Shown here: positions 43,628 to 56,930 of the stretch, in pieces
How the letters are laid out: the number at the start of each line of letters is the position of its first letter
Position numbering within the stretch: position 1 is the first letter of the stretch
From: Octopus sinensis
Taxonomy: Eukaryota
Direction: 5' to 3'
DNA length: 64,000 nucleotides
Assembly: GCF_006345805.1 (NCBI RefSeq)
Contig: NC_042998.1
Span: 110,236,001-110,300,000 of the forward strand
Program-made: the position numbers and the translations under genes
The notes under the pieces: model-generated
Database searches by the model: none
What the model was told of the DNA's origin: nothing
Seen by the model: only the letters and a program-made list of their open reading frames with translations

Positions 43628-44181
43628 TACGAATATCAATCTTAAAATGAATAATAATTTACACTCAAACACAACACAATTCCATCTATCAGCGGAGGAA
43701 AAAAACTGTGTAGACGTAACATTCTGAAATGATTGCATCCATAACACATTCTTATAGAAACCATTCCAGAAAATCAAGAACAATCACACACAGTCATCCT
43801 TTCATGCAGACATATACATTCTATCTCAACACATACGCACAATTTATAAACCCAAAACGTTTCACAACACACGGAAAACCAACCAACCCACGTGCACATT
43901 AATCTTTAACTTGCGCAAATTTACTGTAAACACGTCCACATGCAGTATAAAAGAAAGACAAAGAACAAAGTACGCCATACAGTACATAAACATCCGACAA
44001 CCATCATAAACATAAAAACCAACAGTATATAAACATGCATAATATCCTCCTTCTATCTCTCTCTCCTCACATATACACACACGCACACATGCGCACATGC
44101 ACACACACACACACACCCACACATATATGTATGTATGTCTGTATATATACATATATATGTTTATATATACATATACATATA

Positions 44182-44248
<67 letters not shown>

Positions 44249-44305
44249 TATATACATTTATATGGATAGATAGATAGACAGACAGACAGACAGATAGATA
44301 GATAA

Positions 44306-44379
<74 letters not shown>

Positions 44380-45157
44380 GGATGGATTGTTAGATAGACG
44401 TAGATGTTATGCGCACACCACTCACGCACACACTCACCGATATAAAATTTATACAGTTCGACCTCAAAAGCAAAGAGAGACAGTTATCCTAACACCCTGG
44501 AAGCATATTAAAAAAATATTAAAGAAACAAACATCTTAAAACAGGTAACAAAAACTGACAGCATACACGCACATGCAGTAATAAATATATAACATATCAC
44601 GATATAGATACAGTACAACAACATGCACACGCAAGACATAACGACATACACGTACAATGGCAATATTTTAATGTACAAAAATGCAAAAAGCAAATTCATA
44701 GGCACTCACATTCAACTTAGACATAAATGCATTCTCACGCACTGTGAGTATACACATAGAGACACTGCAAACATAAAACAAGACATACCTCGTACTTAGT
44801 ATAACTTATACGTTATATATACGTTATGTGAACCAGTGATTCATTCGTTGGGGCTCTATTTGAACACAAATACCATAAAAGAAAATATTGATAAGAAAAT
44901 ACGATGAACTTACAAGCATACAGATATTTAAAGTTTGCACACGCGGTCACACGTGCGCTCGTGCACGAAATCATAGTGAACAGGAACAAACTCTCACATA
45001 CGCTCAATTTTACATATACTTACAACTTATATAGACGGACAAATATGCTCATGACTATAAGAGCAAACATTCACACATACTCCATCCAAATCATGCATTC
45101 TACTATAGAAGATACCGACAAGCTGGCAAACAATAAACGAGAACACAAACAAAATTA

Positions 45158-45296
45158 TACAGCTTATGTGATCAAGAAGCTCGTTTGTCAGCCACAAGGT
45201 TTCGGGTTCAGTCCCACTAAAAAGCACCTTGGTAAAGTGTCTTTCATCGTAGCTCCGGGTGAATTTGGCAGATGGCAACTGTTACGCTTGTTATAC

Positions 45297-45378
<82 letters not shown>

Positions 45379-46032
45379 GTCTGATGTCTGTCTGTCTGTC
45401 TGTCTGTCTGTCTGCCTGTTCGTCAGTTTACCTATCTATTTGTGTACGTGCGTGTGTGTGTGTGTACCAGTGTCCGTGCACGCACGCATGTGTGTGTGTC
45501 TTTCTATGTGTTTGTTGCCCACCACTGCTTAACAACTGGCGTGAGTTTGTATTCTTGTAAATTACCGGTTCGGTGAAAAGAACGATGAATAAGACTTATA
45601 CATAATGGGTGATCTCATAAATAATGCGTTTTTTTTCAATTGCGTGAATTAAAAGTCGGAAGGGGACGGGATAAACTACCTACATCAACTTGTTATAAAA
45701 GCAGGTAGTAATTTTACCTTCCTGTTATTCTTAGTGCAAGTTTTGTAGAGTGCAGTAATACACAGCAGTATTACCAGTTATGTTAAAGTGTTCCCCTAAT
45801 GATCCATTACAGTTAGGCATCCAAATGTACATGGAGTATCCAGTGCTGATCTCCAAATAACTGCAATGTTGAAACGTACTTAGGAACTAAATAGTTATAC
45901 TTGTATTCATCTTAAATTTCTACAACACACATACATACACACATACTGCAGAAGATTTGTTCGAATAAATACCCTGCAAGGAGGTGTACCAGCAAGACCG
46001 ACAATCATGAACTAAAACAAATTAGAGATAAA
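45158..46032 (+). mobile_element. SINE family A copy with internal microsatellite, interrupted at about 45599-45945
   Basis: Head GGGTTCAGTCCCACT..CACCTTGG; body to 45598; tail resumes at about 45946 (GATTTGTTCGA..AAGGAGGTGTACCAGCA..ACTAAAACAA). Confidence 0.7.
45603..45756 (+). mobile_element. Probable terminal remnant of another mariner/Tc1-type element
   Basis: TA-anchored TIR-like start (TAATGGGTGATCTCATAAATAATGCG) inserted in a SINE; no coding sequence follows. Confidence 0.45.
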
Positions 46033-46045
46033 CAATATAAAAGCT

Positions 46046-46309
46046 TATATATTTGTTGTGCAAGATTTTTTATGTGAAGTCGTGTGTTGAAACAGATATT
46101 GTTATATTTCGGAATGGTCATTTTGCCAGTTTAGCCAATAAAGGACCACTGATGCGGTCACAGAAGTGTGACGAAAGAACTCTGGCCGAAATAAGATTAA
46201 GATTAATGTAAAAAATAAATAACACTGAAGCAAAATAACACCAAATATATAGTGCGTGTGTTTTTATGGGCTAAACTGGCAAAATGACCATTCCGAAATA
46301 TAACAATAT
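46046..46309. mobile_element. Short repeat with 41-bp perfect inverted arms and a hammerhead-like motif
   Basis: 46096-46136 is the exact reverse complement of 46269-46309. 15-bp direct repeat AACAATATAAAAGCT at 46031-46045 and 46302-46316. Confidence 0.75.
46143..46187 (+). ncRNA. Minimal type I hammerhead ribozyme-like motif (variant core)
   Basis: CCA-CTGATGC-G-GTCACA-GAAG-TGTGAC-GAAA-GAAC-TC-TGG: stem I CCA/TGG, 6-bp stem II, GAAA and a UC site; A9 is C. Confidence 0.5.
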
Positions 46310-46735
46310 AAAAGCTATTTTTCACATTCAGAAAATATTGCAAAATTACACACAAACACTTAGGTTGAGCGTGAAATATAAATCACGCACCCCGCCACAC
46401 GAACCCTAACCGCACGCTGGAGTTTCAAAAAACAACAAAATACTGTACTAAAACAACCCCAAACACACACACATAGTTCTGTAGCATCTACAGACACATA
46501 TTCGTACAAGCATGACAGTCACTCTAATAGTGCCATCCTGCGGAAGACACCTATTTCCTTTACATTCTCAATCCTTGCAATTTTGCAATTTTCAAAACTA
46601 GTTACTTGTTTTACAATACTATTCTTTGTTTTTATTATTCACACACACACACCCATCCAAACACACGAACACACACATACACACATACAAACACACACAT
46701 ATATATATGTATACACACACGCGCGCAGATATATA

Positions 46736-48005
46736 CGAGGGGCGTTCAATAAGTAATGCCCCTGACCCACTTCCCATAGCAGTAGAGCAACGACACTTGG
46801 CACAGTTATTAGTCTTGTCCTACATAGAAACTACCCAGAGTTATGCATTTCTCCCATCGTTTGATATAGCTTTGGAGACCGTTTTTGTAGAAGACCCCAG
46901 CTTGGTCCTCCAACCTGAACGTGACTTCAGAAATCAAGGCTGCATCATCTGGGAAACGCTTTCCTTTCAAAATCAACTTCATGGATGGGAAGAGGTGAAA
47001 ATCAGAGGGTGCAAGGGGAGGAGTTCATAGCTGCACGCCTGTGCTTCTGATCTGGCGACACGCGAGTTGTGGACCGGAGCGTTGTCCTGCAGGAGGAGGA
47101 TGCCTTTGCTGATCTTGCCCCGCCTCTTGATTTTGATAGCTTCTCTTAATTTCCTCAAAAGTGAAGCATGATAGGCTCCTGTAATTGTGGTACTCTTTTC
47201 TAGGAAATCTGTCATCACTACTCCGTCCTGGTCCCAGAAGACTGTGAGCATGACCTTGCCAGCGGAGGGCTGCACCCTTGCCTTCTTTGGAGGAGGTGAG
47301 TCACGGTGCTTTCACTGCATTGACTGGGCTTTGGTCTCTGGATCATAGTGATGGACCCAGGTTTTATCCTGTGCGATCAGTCTTTTGAAAAATTTTGACT
47401 CATCTTCTTGGCACATCTCCAAATTCATCCTCGCGCACTCAACGCGTTGTTGCTTCTGGAAAGGTGTGAGCAACCTGGAAATCCATCTGGCAGACACCTT
47501 TTGCATATGCAAATGGTCATGAATGATAGTTTCCACAGACCCGGTACTAATCTTGACCTTATGGGCTATTTGGCGAATAGTTATGCGTTGACCTTCCAAA
47601 ATGGCAGCCTCAACTTGACGGACAGACGTCTCATCAACGGCAGAAGGGGGCGACCAGATCTGGGAGCTGTTTCCACAGAGTTCCGACTATGTTTGAATTC
47701 ACAATGCCAGCGTTTTACAAGGTCATATGATGGGGCATCATCACCATAAGTTACTTTCATTTCATCAAAAGTCTCCCGTGGTGTGCGTCCTTTCAAATAC
47801 AAAAACCGGATTACTGCTCGACACTCAACAGGTTCCATTTCACACTTGACTCAGTTCAAACACCTGTAAATCAGAAACCACAATTAGTTCAGAGCTGTAA
47901 GTCGCTACTTACTCTATAGAGGTATAAATAAGTGCACATGCAAAATTTCAGCTAGATCAAACAACTGCAAGTGGATCAGGGACATTACTTATTGAACGCC
48001 CCTCG
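46736..48005 (-). mobile_element. Full-length mariner (DD34D), copy 1, inactivated
   Basis: TIRs CGAGGGGCGTTCAATAAGTAATG, TA TSD (46734-5, 48006-7). Transposase from 47838 in three ORFs (MEPVECRAVIRFL..; KVSARW..QDKTWVHHYDPE; LLQDNAPVH); frameshift, stop and deletion in the HPPYSPDLAP motif. Confidence 0.97.
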
Positions 48006-48277
48006 TAAATATATGTGTATGTGTGTTGTAGAAATTTAAGATGAATACAAGTATAACTATTTAGTTTCTACGTACGTTTCAACATTGCAGTTATTTGGAA
48101 ATAACCACTGGATACTCCATGCGCATTTGGATGCCTAACCGTAATGGATCATTAAGGGAACATTTCAACATAACTAGTAATACTTCTGAGTACAGTGGTC
48201 AACTAACCACCATGCTAGAAGCTGACTATGACAATCTACGTGGAGCTTTAACTCCAAAAGTAGTAGTCATACATGTA

Positions 48278-48489
48278 ACGGTGCACGACCTCGTGAGTAC
48301 CGCCAGCAATTTTTTTCCTCTGTCTTCCCTTCTCGGGATCTTTCCTTCTCCTTTGTTTCCGACGAAGAGCTCCGCTCCAAACGTTAAACCCTCCTTCTTC
48401 CCTTCTTTCTTGAGCGTCCAATAATACTTTATTTGTTCCACGTCCTCGCGTTGCTGTGTCTTTTTGTGTTCTCTTGTTTCGATTAACTA
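48278..48489 (+). mobile_element. Short pyrimidine-rich repeat with hammerhead-like motif (Penelope pLTR- or retrozyme-like)
   Basis: Contains GTTT-CCGACGA-A-GAGC-TCC-GCTC-CAAAC-GTT-AAAC at 48355-48389; ends at a (TA)n tract. Confidence 0.55.
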
Positions 48490-50572
48490 TATATATATAT
48501 ATTATATATATATATATATATATAATATATATATATGTGTGTGTGTGTATGTATGTATGTATGTATATATATGTGCTCATAATTTATATGCATAAAACAG
48601 TGGTCAAATAGCGGAGAGATCATAGATAGTGTATCACCACTATTCAATATTGTAGAGTTCTATGCTTTCATTTTCTATGATCTCACACTTAAATTAGTAC
48701 GCAGGTTTACCACTCTAAGCAATACTGATGTAAAGAAAATTTTCTTTACCTGAAGGGCCTTACTAATGAGAGAGGGCTCCGAATGACTCAAGAAACCTGA
48801 CATAGACAGTTCCTACATGAACATATGGTTGTTGGAGGGTGAAGACGTTTGCAACTCGACTGCTTTATTTTTCCTTGATACGACAGAGATATCTTTCCAC
48901 TGGGTTGACTTGGGGTTCAATAAAGAGATAAAGCCTATGACTGATTGAGCAAAGACATTCAAGCATTTAAGCCTGTTGACCTAAAACCACTTTTGACATA
49001 ACTTAGCAACATTCTATATATACATTTTATGTGTGTCACTGGATTTGCTTAGCAAACGTACAAGTCTTTTCGAAACGAAACAGGCTTACATTAGATAGCA
49101 TCGTGCTACCACAGAATACTTTTGACATCTTAGTTAAAACTTTTAGCGAAAATATTTCCGGTAAGGGAAGTTTTGACGAAGCAGCCCAACTGTATAATGA
49201 AACGCAGAGGAAACGAGCGGTTTTTATCACAATATTAGTGATGTTCTTTGTACAGAACCGCCAGGGAAAAATAGACGTCTTAACCAACATAAGTGAAATA
49301 TTCCTGATGTTAATATATAAAATTCTTCCCTATAAATTACAGATAGCGGAAACTTTTTCATGGACACAGCCTTTAGATATACCGCCTTCACAAAACAGAA
49401 AATATGTTTTAATTTAGTTATAAGTTATATTTTCAAGAAATTCAAACCTGAGTGTTGTTATATTATAAACTATGTACATCAATAGTCATCTAAAAATACT
49501 TAATTTATGTAAAATGCAATTGCAACAAACAAAAATGGTTATATTAGTTTGTGACATTAGCACAGACCCAGATATTCAAGGAAGGAGAAATGGTCGATCA
49601 AATTGGTAACAGGTGTTAACTGTTATTCTGAAAGTTAAATCTCATTTCTGATTTCAATCGATCGATCCCCAACACAACTGAATCCTTCTACTTATTAACA
49701 CCACTCGGATTGATTTCACCCTGTTACGCCTTCATATTCATTGCATTGCTGCCTTTGCATTGTTGTTTTAGTGTCTCGGTAAGGATATTTAGACCAGTCA
49801 AGTACCGAATCAATTAAATCGAATATCATATAACCCCGAAATATGTAACACTGCGCCTATATAAAAATAAATGGAAACAAAACTCGATGCTTTTTTAGCT
49901 GTCATTTGTCCGAGTGATTTTTTTGCTGTCGGCTTTCTCTTCGCTCTTGTTATATATATATATATATACATTCCGCTTCAATAGATTATGAAGTGTTGAG
50001 CTTCTTTATGTAAAGTCAAGTGGAATATTAATTTCTTATCATTCTCTTAAGTGAAGTATGGCGGAGCGTGCATGTTACTGAGTATGTGTGTCTGTGTGTA
50101 GTAGTGTTAGAGTGTGTGTGCGTCTGTTTGTGAGAGAATGAAGCATGCTTGAATATTTACAATTGTTATTCGTGTAAGCATGTCAATAAAAGTATGCTTG
50201 ACGTAAATATATGTATCATCAATAAGGGTATATATATTTATTTGCCATCAATAAGGGTACGTATATTTATTTACCATTACTATACGTATCATCAAAAAGG
50301 GCAGGTATATTTATTTATTAACCAACCACTTGGGTTATCCCAGAAATGGCTGTAAGACTTCAAATTCACCTTACCTTAATTAGATTATTGTAAATGACTT
50401 AATATGTTCGTTCTGCTTTGGTTCATAATTTTGAAATATCTATAAAACCGTCAAAAGCTTGTTTATTTTTTTGTTCTTTGATTTCTGATTAGTGTTGCTT
50501 AATATATTTTGATAAAATTGCTGGGGTTTTTTCCAGATATCATTAGCAAAATTGTAATTAAAATTCATTAAA

Positions 50573-51531
50573 ATGACATATCTATCGGACTTTCAAAGAG
50601 GTCAAATTGTTGGTGCTCTTTTGGCAGGCGCCAGCGTAACGAAAACAGCCGGAATGTTCGGTGTATCAAGAAAATACTGTCTCGAAAGTAATGACAGCCT
50701 TTGAGAAAGAGGGAAAAACGTCCTTGTCGAAACAAAACTCCCGAAGAAAACTAAAACTTTCAGATAGAGACCGTCGGACTCTTACGCGAATTGTTAGAAT
50801 TGATCACAAAACTACAGCTCCCAAAATTACTGCAGAGCTAAATGACTGTCTCGAGATCCCAGTTTTCACAAAACCTGTTCGCCGGGATCAGCACTAAGCC
50901 GAATTTCAAGGGATGGCTGCAATCAGAAAATCACTACTCTCAAATAAGAAAAAAAACGTTGCAAAGCGTTTAGAGTGGAGTAAAATCCTACAGAGTTAGT
51001 GCTACAGAATTAGACTGCTTTCTTCCAACTGTTAAAAATGGAGGAGGATCTGTGATGATCGGGTTTGGAGGCTATATCTTGGAAATCAACCGGCCCAATG
51101 GTTTCCCTTCATGGCAGAATTAATAGTCAAGACTATTTAAAGATTTTATCTGATCAAATTCATCCTATGGTTGCGGAACTGATTCCGGAGGGAAACGCAG
51201 TCTTTCAGGATGATAATGCACCAATTCACACACATAAAGTTATGACTGAATGACACGAGAAACATTCTAGTGCACTTGAACATCTTATCTACCCATCACA
51301 GTCCCCAGATCTCAATATTATTGAACATTTATGGTGCATTTTAGAAAAACAAGTAAGAATCGATATCCTCTACCATCATCATTATGGAGACTGTTTTAGC
51401 TGAAGAATGAACACAAGTTTCTTTGAAAACACTTCACACTTTGTACGACACCATACCTCGTAGAATTCAAGCTGCAATTACTGTCAAAGGCTGTCCCATT
51501 TTAAGGCATTTCCATTGTTTTGTCCAACTCC

Positions 51532-51533
<2 letters not shown>
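50573..51533 (+). mobile_element. Decayed Tc1-like (DD34E) transposon with internal deletion
   Basis: MTYLSDFQRGQIVGA..ASVTKTA; KLSDRDRRTLTRIV; VKNGGGSVM; FQDDNAPIH; SPDLNIIEHLW; 3' TIR ..TTTTGTCCAACTCCTG. Confidence 0.9.
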
Positions 51534-51568
<35 letters not shown>

Positions 51569-52524
51569 CAAACGCTCCGGTCCTTTGGGTGGTGTCAGTT
51601 GCTTTGGTAGTATTTCAACAAATAATTAAACTACCGATAAGGTTTATGAGTAGTACGGCAATCTATGTTTACGATTAATCTAGGAAAGGAAAACCAAATT
51701 GAAGGCTGGTTAATGTGGAGGTCCTTGAACTTTAATGATCATAAAATATATGAGGTTGCAAACAATGCAAAGTAGAGCTACTGAAGTGTTTTGGGAGTAG
51801 ATTACGGATAATGACTACAAAATACAGATGTTTTACATGAAAGCAAAATTCCTTGTCAGAAACAGCCACATAAAGTGTAAGGAAATTGAGGGAAGATGCT
51901 GACACTCCCCGCCCATGCCAGCAGCAAAAGGAGCTATTTTTTCGGAGAGAAGTGTGATTGGTACGTTCAAAATGGTAGTATAATCCCTTCTTGAAAAGTA
52001 GAACTAAGGGAATGTATTTGCTCGGTGCTCACAGTGTGCAACCACTCTGAAATTAACTTCAGGTATCGAAAAATGAAGACATGGAGGGTTTGAATCCAGT
52101 TCACGAATACTGCTTTGAATCTTATGTAGTTCTCAGCGAAAAGATGTCCCGTTGTAAGGCAGACAAATAATAGATTAAAAAAATGTAAAAACAACTATAA
52201 GATATTCTGTAAGGCAAATAATGCGACCGTAAAGATTAAAAATGTATGGAAAACTGTCAAAATAAAAAAAATAGACTAACTCTTTTCACTTTTATAATAT
52301 TCCCTAACCAAAACACGGAAACACATAATACACACCAATACACATAAAAAAATTTAGAAAGTAATAATATACAATTACAACATATAAATAAATAATAAAT
52401 CACGACATGTGAAAAACCACCAAAAATATTCTCTAATGCCAATGTACCACCATATAGAGTTAAAAAGTAGAGAAGACCTTAAATACAAAAAACTATGTAC
52501 ATACAACGAATTAGAGAAAAAAAC

Positions 52525-52707
52525 CAAGTGAATCCCCGTTTTTCCGGTTTGTCCATTTATGCGGGAGTTCTGGGCAAAATGTTATAGTGCATGACCATCC
52601 CTTGGACATAAGCAATGTGTATAAATTTTGGTGAAAATCAATCGAGAATTGTGGAAATGTATGTGCTAGTTAATATACACACATAATGTGATTTATATAT
52701 GCTAGAT
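52525..52707 (+). mobile_element. Possible non-autonomous Helentron-associated (HINE/DINE-like) element
   Basis: AAATTTTGGTGAAAATCAATCGAG..short microsatellite..TTTATATATGCTAGAT layout. Confidence 0.4.
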
Positions 52708-52786
52708 ATATATATATACACATATGACATACTACACACTCACAGACACACACAAACACCTTTCTATAAATGTATGTATGTATGTC

Positions 52787-53362
52787 TATGAAGGATGTTT
52801 GCTATAAATTTCCCAGTGTGCATATTAGGAAAAGAAAATACAGAACCTAATCCGAAAATAAACGTATTTTAAAGACCAAAAAATTTCAACTAGACTATGG
52901 CTGCGAGATAATTGTTTACTCAAAGTTGCCACCACCAGCTTCCACCGCAGCCTCAAGACAGCTCTGCAATCCGGAGCATGTATTCTGCACTGTGTCCGTG
53001 AGAATATTTTCGAACGCCTTGATGTTAGCCACCAGTTACTTTAGTGTGGCAGGCAGAGCGCTATGATGTTTGTATATAATAATCCATAGAGTTACAATCA
53101 AGAGAATTAGGAGGCTAGAAATTGAAGATGAAGTGGCAAACATTCCGACAACCACTTCGGACGCATTCCGGAGATAATGCAAGGTGCCGAGTCCTGCTTC
53201 TACACATGTGACCTTCCACTAGTAGGCCTCTCAGGGTAGGGTTTGGCCACATTCTCCAGCAGCTTCACATAGTCGTCTGAATTGAGGATTAGGCCCGGTT
53301 CAAAGATGTGAACCGGCATGACCTCACCCTCACTGGAGACACACTTGATGACCATCACAGGT
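52787..53362 (-). mobile_element. Decayed maT-like (DD37D-type) Tc1/mariner transposase, 3' half
   Basis: VMVIKCVSSEGEVMPVHIFEPGL..YVKLLE; QDSAPC; PPNSLDCNSMDY; LEAAVEAGGGNFE*. Confidence 0.75.
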
Positions 53363-53429
53363 TAAAGAAACTTCGTTTTCATTATGTCCATGTTGTATTT
53401 TATGGCATTTACGGTAGTCACAATTCGTA

Positions 53430-54965
53430 GAATAACCGTCATGATGTCGGCATTTTGACACCCAGTATTGCAACCTAACTCTTTGTAGTCTCTTAAGAGT
53501 TGTTTTACGATTCCTTCGTATTTGTCTGCCCTATAATTGCTTAAAAAGTTTTCTATCAAGTCCATGAATGATGTCCATTAGGAAAATCGCAGGCATTAGT
53601 TAATGTTCTCATTTGTGGACCATCGAACATTCCCAACTTGATTTTTTTATAACTTAAACTTGGAAATTTTGAAGTTATGTACTTGAATCACTCAAAGATC
53701 GTATCTAAAGCTTTTGCATATTGTTAAATGAGGCCTAGTTTGAAATGCAGAGGAGGAAATATAATTTTATTTCTGGTCACTAAAGGTGGATTAATTACGT
53801 TTTTTCTCTGACATTAAGAGATGTTCGTGTTGGGTAGATGTTTGAAATCATGTTCTTCATTTGCTCTGCTGTCCCATAAGCAAAGGAAGCAAGGATATTT
53901 AGTATACCCTGCTTGTTTTCCTCGCAGAAAATTGACCATTTTAAAGTCAACACAAATGGTCCAATCGTGCTCAGTATATTTGATAAAATTAAAATTTTTA
54001 AAATATTTTCATACTTTTCTTTTAATTTTGTTGCGTACCCAATCGGTATCGAGCTGTATAGACTGCTATTATGCAACAATACACGCTTAAGACTTCTTTT
54101 AAAACTTTAAAAAGAAGTGCCAATCATTTGCATCGTATGACTCAACCTCTATATCTCCTGTAACAAATCAGCTATGTCGCAGCAGTATACTAAGATACAT
54201 TCAGTTCTAATATATTTAAGAAGTTCTCTTTTCTCTGTAAAATGTAATGTATGTGTTTGAAGTAAGCGAGATTTTTTCTTTGAATCTTGAAGCTAAAATT
54301 GTTGTAGCCTTTTTTGACAAATTTCGTCCCCTTAGAAGATCCTTGCAAATACTCTGGAGTCAAAATCAGTGCCAGACTCTCTCAGAGTGCATAACAATAT
54401 TTCCTGGAACATCTTCAGCTAACTCTTGAGGTGACAATCTCTTAAATATTGGAATGGGGATTTCATTTGAATGTAGCACAGGTCATATCACGGTGTCAAA
54501 ATTTGGATGGTCGATACAATATTTATTTTTCTTAGTGAAGACCGAAGTCTAGAAAAAGCAAAAGTAGCAGTCGGTCTCATAGTTAGTAGGCTCTTGACAC
54601 CCCTGTATGGAAAAAAAATTGTGCTAAAAGACCATTTGTGACAAAAATCGCTCTCGTAGCGCAATTAAGTTCACGTGAACCATTCGATTAAACCCACCTT
54701 CCTTATTGTTATTCAAAGTCATTCGAACTTACTTGTATATGAGTATATGGGTAAGAATGCACAGAGCGGAATGCATTAGGTGTCGGTGTTTGGAAAACCG
54801 TTAACAAAAGCGATGAGAGAATGCTTTTTTATCAAAAGTTATGTAAAATCAGGGCCTGATAGAGCAAAACTGAGTAAACATTCGTGCTCAGTGTACTTAA
54901 ATTGCGTATAACCAACTGTCAAATATAATTCAATTGACAAAAAATTTAAATTTCTATCTCAAGTG
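53430..54965 (-). mobile_element. Decayed Chapaev3-like (CMC superfamily) DNA transposon
   Basis: EPTNYETDCYFC; LHN..YSSIPIGYA..KEKYEN; WTICVDFKMVNFL..QAGYTKYPCFLCLWDSRA; PPLHFKLGL; GMFDGPQMR; NFLSNYRA..YKELGCN. CAC terminus at 54965 next to TAA. Family assignment is from recalled motifs. Confidence 0.7.
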
Positions 54966-55009
54966 TAATCTTTTCGACTGTAAGAAAGATCGGAAATTTA
55001 CGGAAAGTT

Positions 55010-55578
55010 CAGCATCAATATCAATGTTCAGCTAGTAGTTATTTTACTCACTCTGAAAGGATGAAAGGCAAAGACAACGTCTGTGAAATTTGAACTCAGA
55101 ACGTAAGCATTTTGTCCGCGTACTACTGTTTCTGACAAATTGCCGCTTTAATAAATTGTTAATTATTGTTTCGAATTTCTATTCGATGGCAGCACATTTT
55201 AGCAGCCATGATTAGTGAATATCACCGACATCAGTAATTGACTTCATTCTATCGACTGCCGAGAGATAAACGAGAAAGTTGACCTTGACAGAAGAAGAGA
55301 AGATACAATCTATCGAATCATATATCACAAGGCATTTTGCTTTATACTTTAATGATTCTACCAACCTATAAATATTGGTTTCAAATTTTGGCACAAAGCA
55401 AACAATTGCGGGTGAGAAAGTAAGTCGATTACAATAACCCCGGCGCTCAACTGACACTTATTTAATCAATACTGAAAAGATGCAAGCCTCCGCGGAATTT
55501 GAACTTAGAACGTAAGGCTGACGAAATGCCGCTAAGCATTTTTCCCGGCGTGTTACCGGTTCTGCCAATCCACCACCC
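55010..55578 (-). mobile_element. Three tandem SINE family B copies
   Basis: Units at about 55010-55150, 55160-55365 and 55372-55578, same orientation, each with the GAAAG..AAAG..GAC / ATTTGAACT.AGAACGTA core. Confidence 0.8.
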
Positions 55579-56219
55579 TGTACAAATACATAATATTAAA
55601 TATAGAATTTTTTTAGTCATTTTAAACTAATAACAATTAGTGTAAATTAGATTTTCAACAACTAAGATAAGCAGTATATAATCCAAACTTTGAATATGCG
55701 TCCACACCTTAAAGTGAACAAGATGGAGAGACAGCGAGAATGATCGCTCTTACGCTTAGCAGAAGGGTAACACCCAAAACGTTAGATTCTATACACCTTT
55801 CGGTAATTGAATTTCACAGTTGGTTATATTCAAACTTTCCTATGGATGAAGTCGTGCTGATGCACACTACCACCGGTTTATTTCAAATCCGGATTTCACC
55901 GAAATTAAGCAGCGGCTGGAACATAAATTTTTAACCGCAGCGAAAATTTACTCCAAATTTAACGAAATCTAAATAACTTCAAATTGATGTTTCCGATTTT
56001 CAAGCTACATAAATGGGAACGTGGTTGTATTTTGTAGCATATATTCCAGCCTGCCAACACTGTGTGAGCTTATGTGCGTGTATGTGTGTGTGTATGTGTG
56101 TGTGTGTGTGTATGTGTGTGTATGTGTATGTACGTGTATGTGTATGCGTGTGTGCGTGCGTACGTGCACGTGTGTGCGAGAACAAACATTGGGGTCTTTA
56201 TGCCAAGTTTAGTGGAATG

Positions 56220-56253
<34 letters not shown>

Positions 56254-56930
56254 TACATATTGTATTACATTACAAGAAAACGATATTCAGTATTTTGATA
56301 ATACCTACTTATTTAGCGTATATAGGTATGCATATATGTATGTGTGTGTGTTCGGCGTGTGTTTGGTTGCATGTGTGTTATGTGCCTCTATATATTGCGC
56401 GACATTGTGGCACAGCGTATATTAGAAAAACCAAGATGATTTAATCAAGTTTTAATGTAGTTTTTAAGGTCACTAGGAAGTCTTTACGAACTGTAGTTTA
56501 ACGATATTAAATTTATCTTATATGTATATATTATTTTATTATAGTTGCAAAGCTATGTCTCCGAAAGAAGATTAAACGATTTATCGATTCAGAATTCGAT
56601 TGATTGGATGATAGTGTTAAATATTTTAATCCAATTACGACAGCTTCTATTTATTGATAAACATTTATAGAAATATTGCCACAAACAATGACTCACCCAC
56701 AGATACGGCTGCCCGTACAAATGTACACACGCACAGAGAAAACCACACAACCACACACACATACATAAAATACTACACTCTAGAACAAGTTACTGAAGTA
56801 CAGTAGCTTTTTTTGTTCTAGAACTATAGTTCATATATCCCATCACATACACACACACACACACACGCACACACACACACACACATACACACACACACAG
56901 ATACATACACATAGATATATATCAGTAAAA

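Noticed and set aside
49031-49417. 128-aa ORF in unique sequence
   Set aside because: Non-ATG start, no recognisable motif or splice signals; cannot be supported as a gene.
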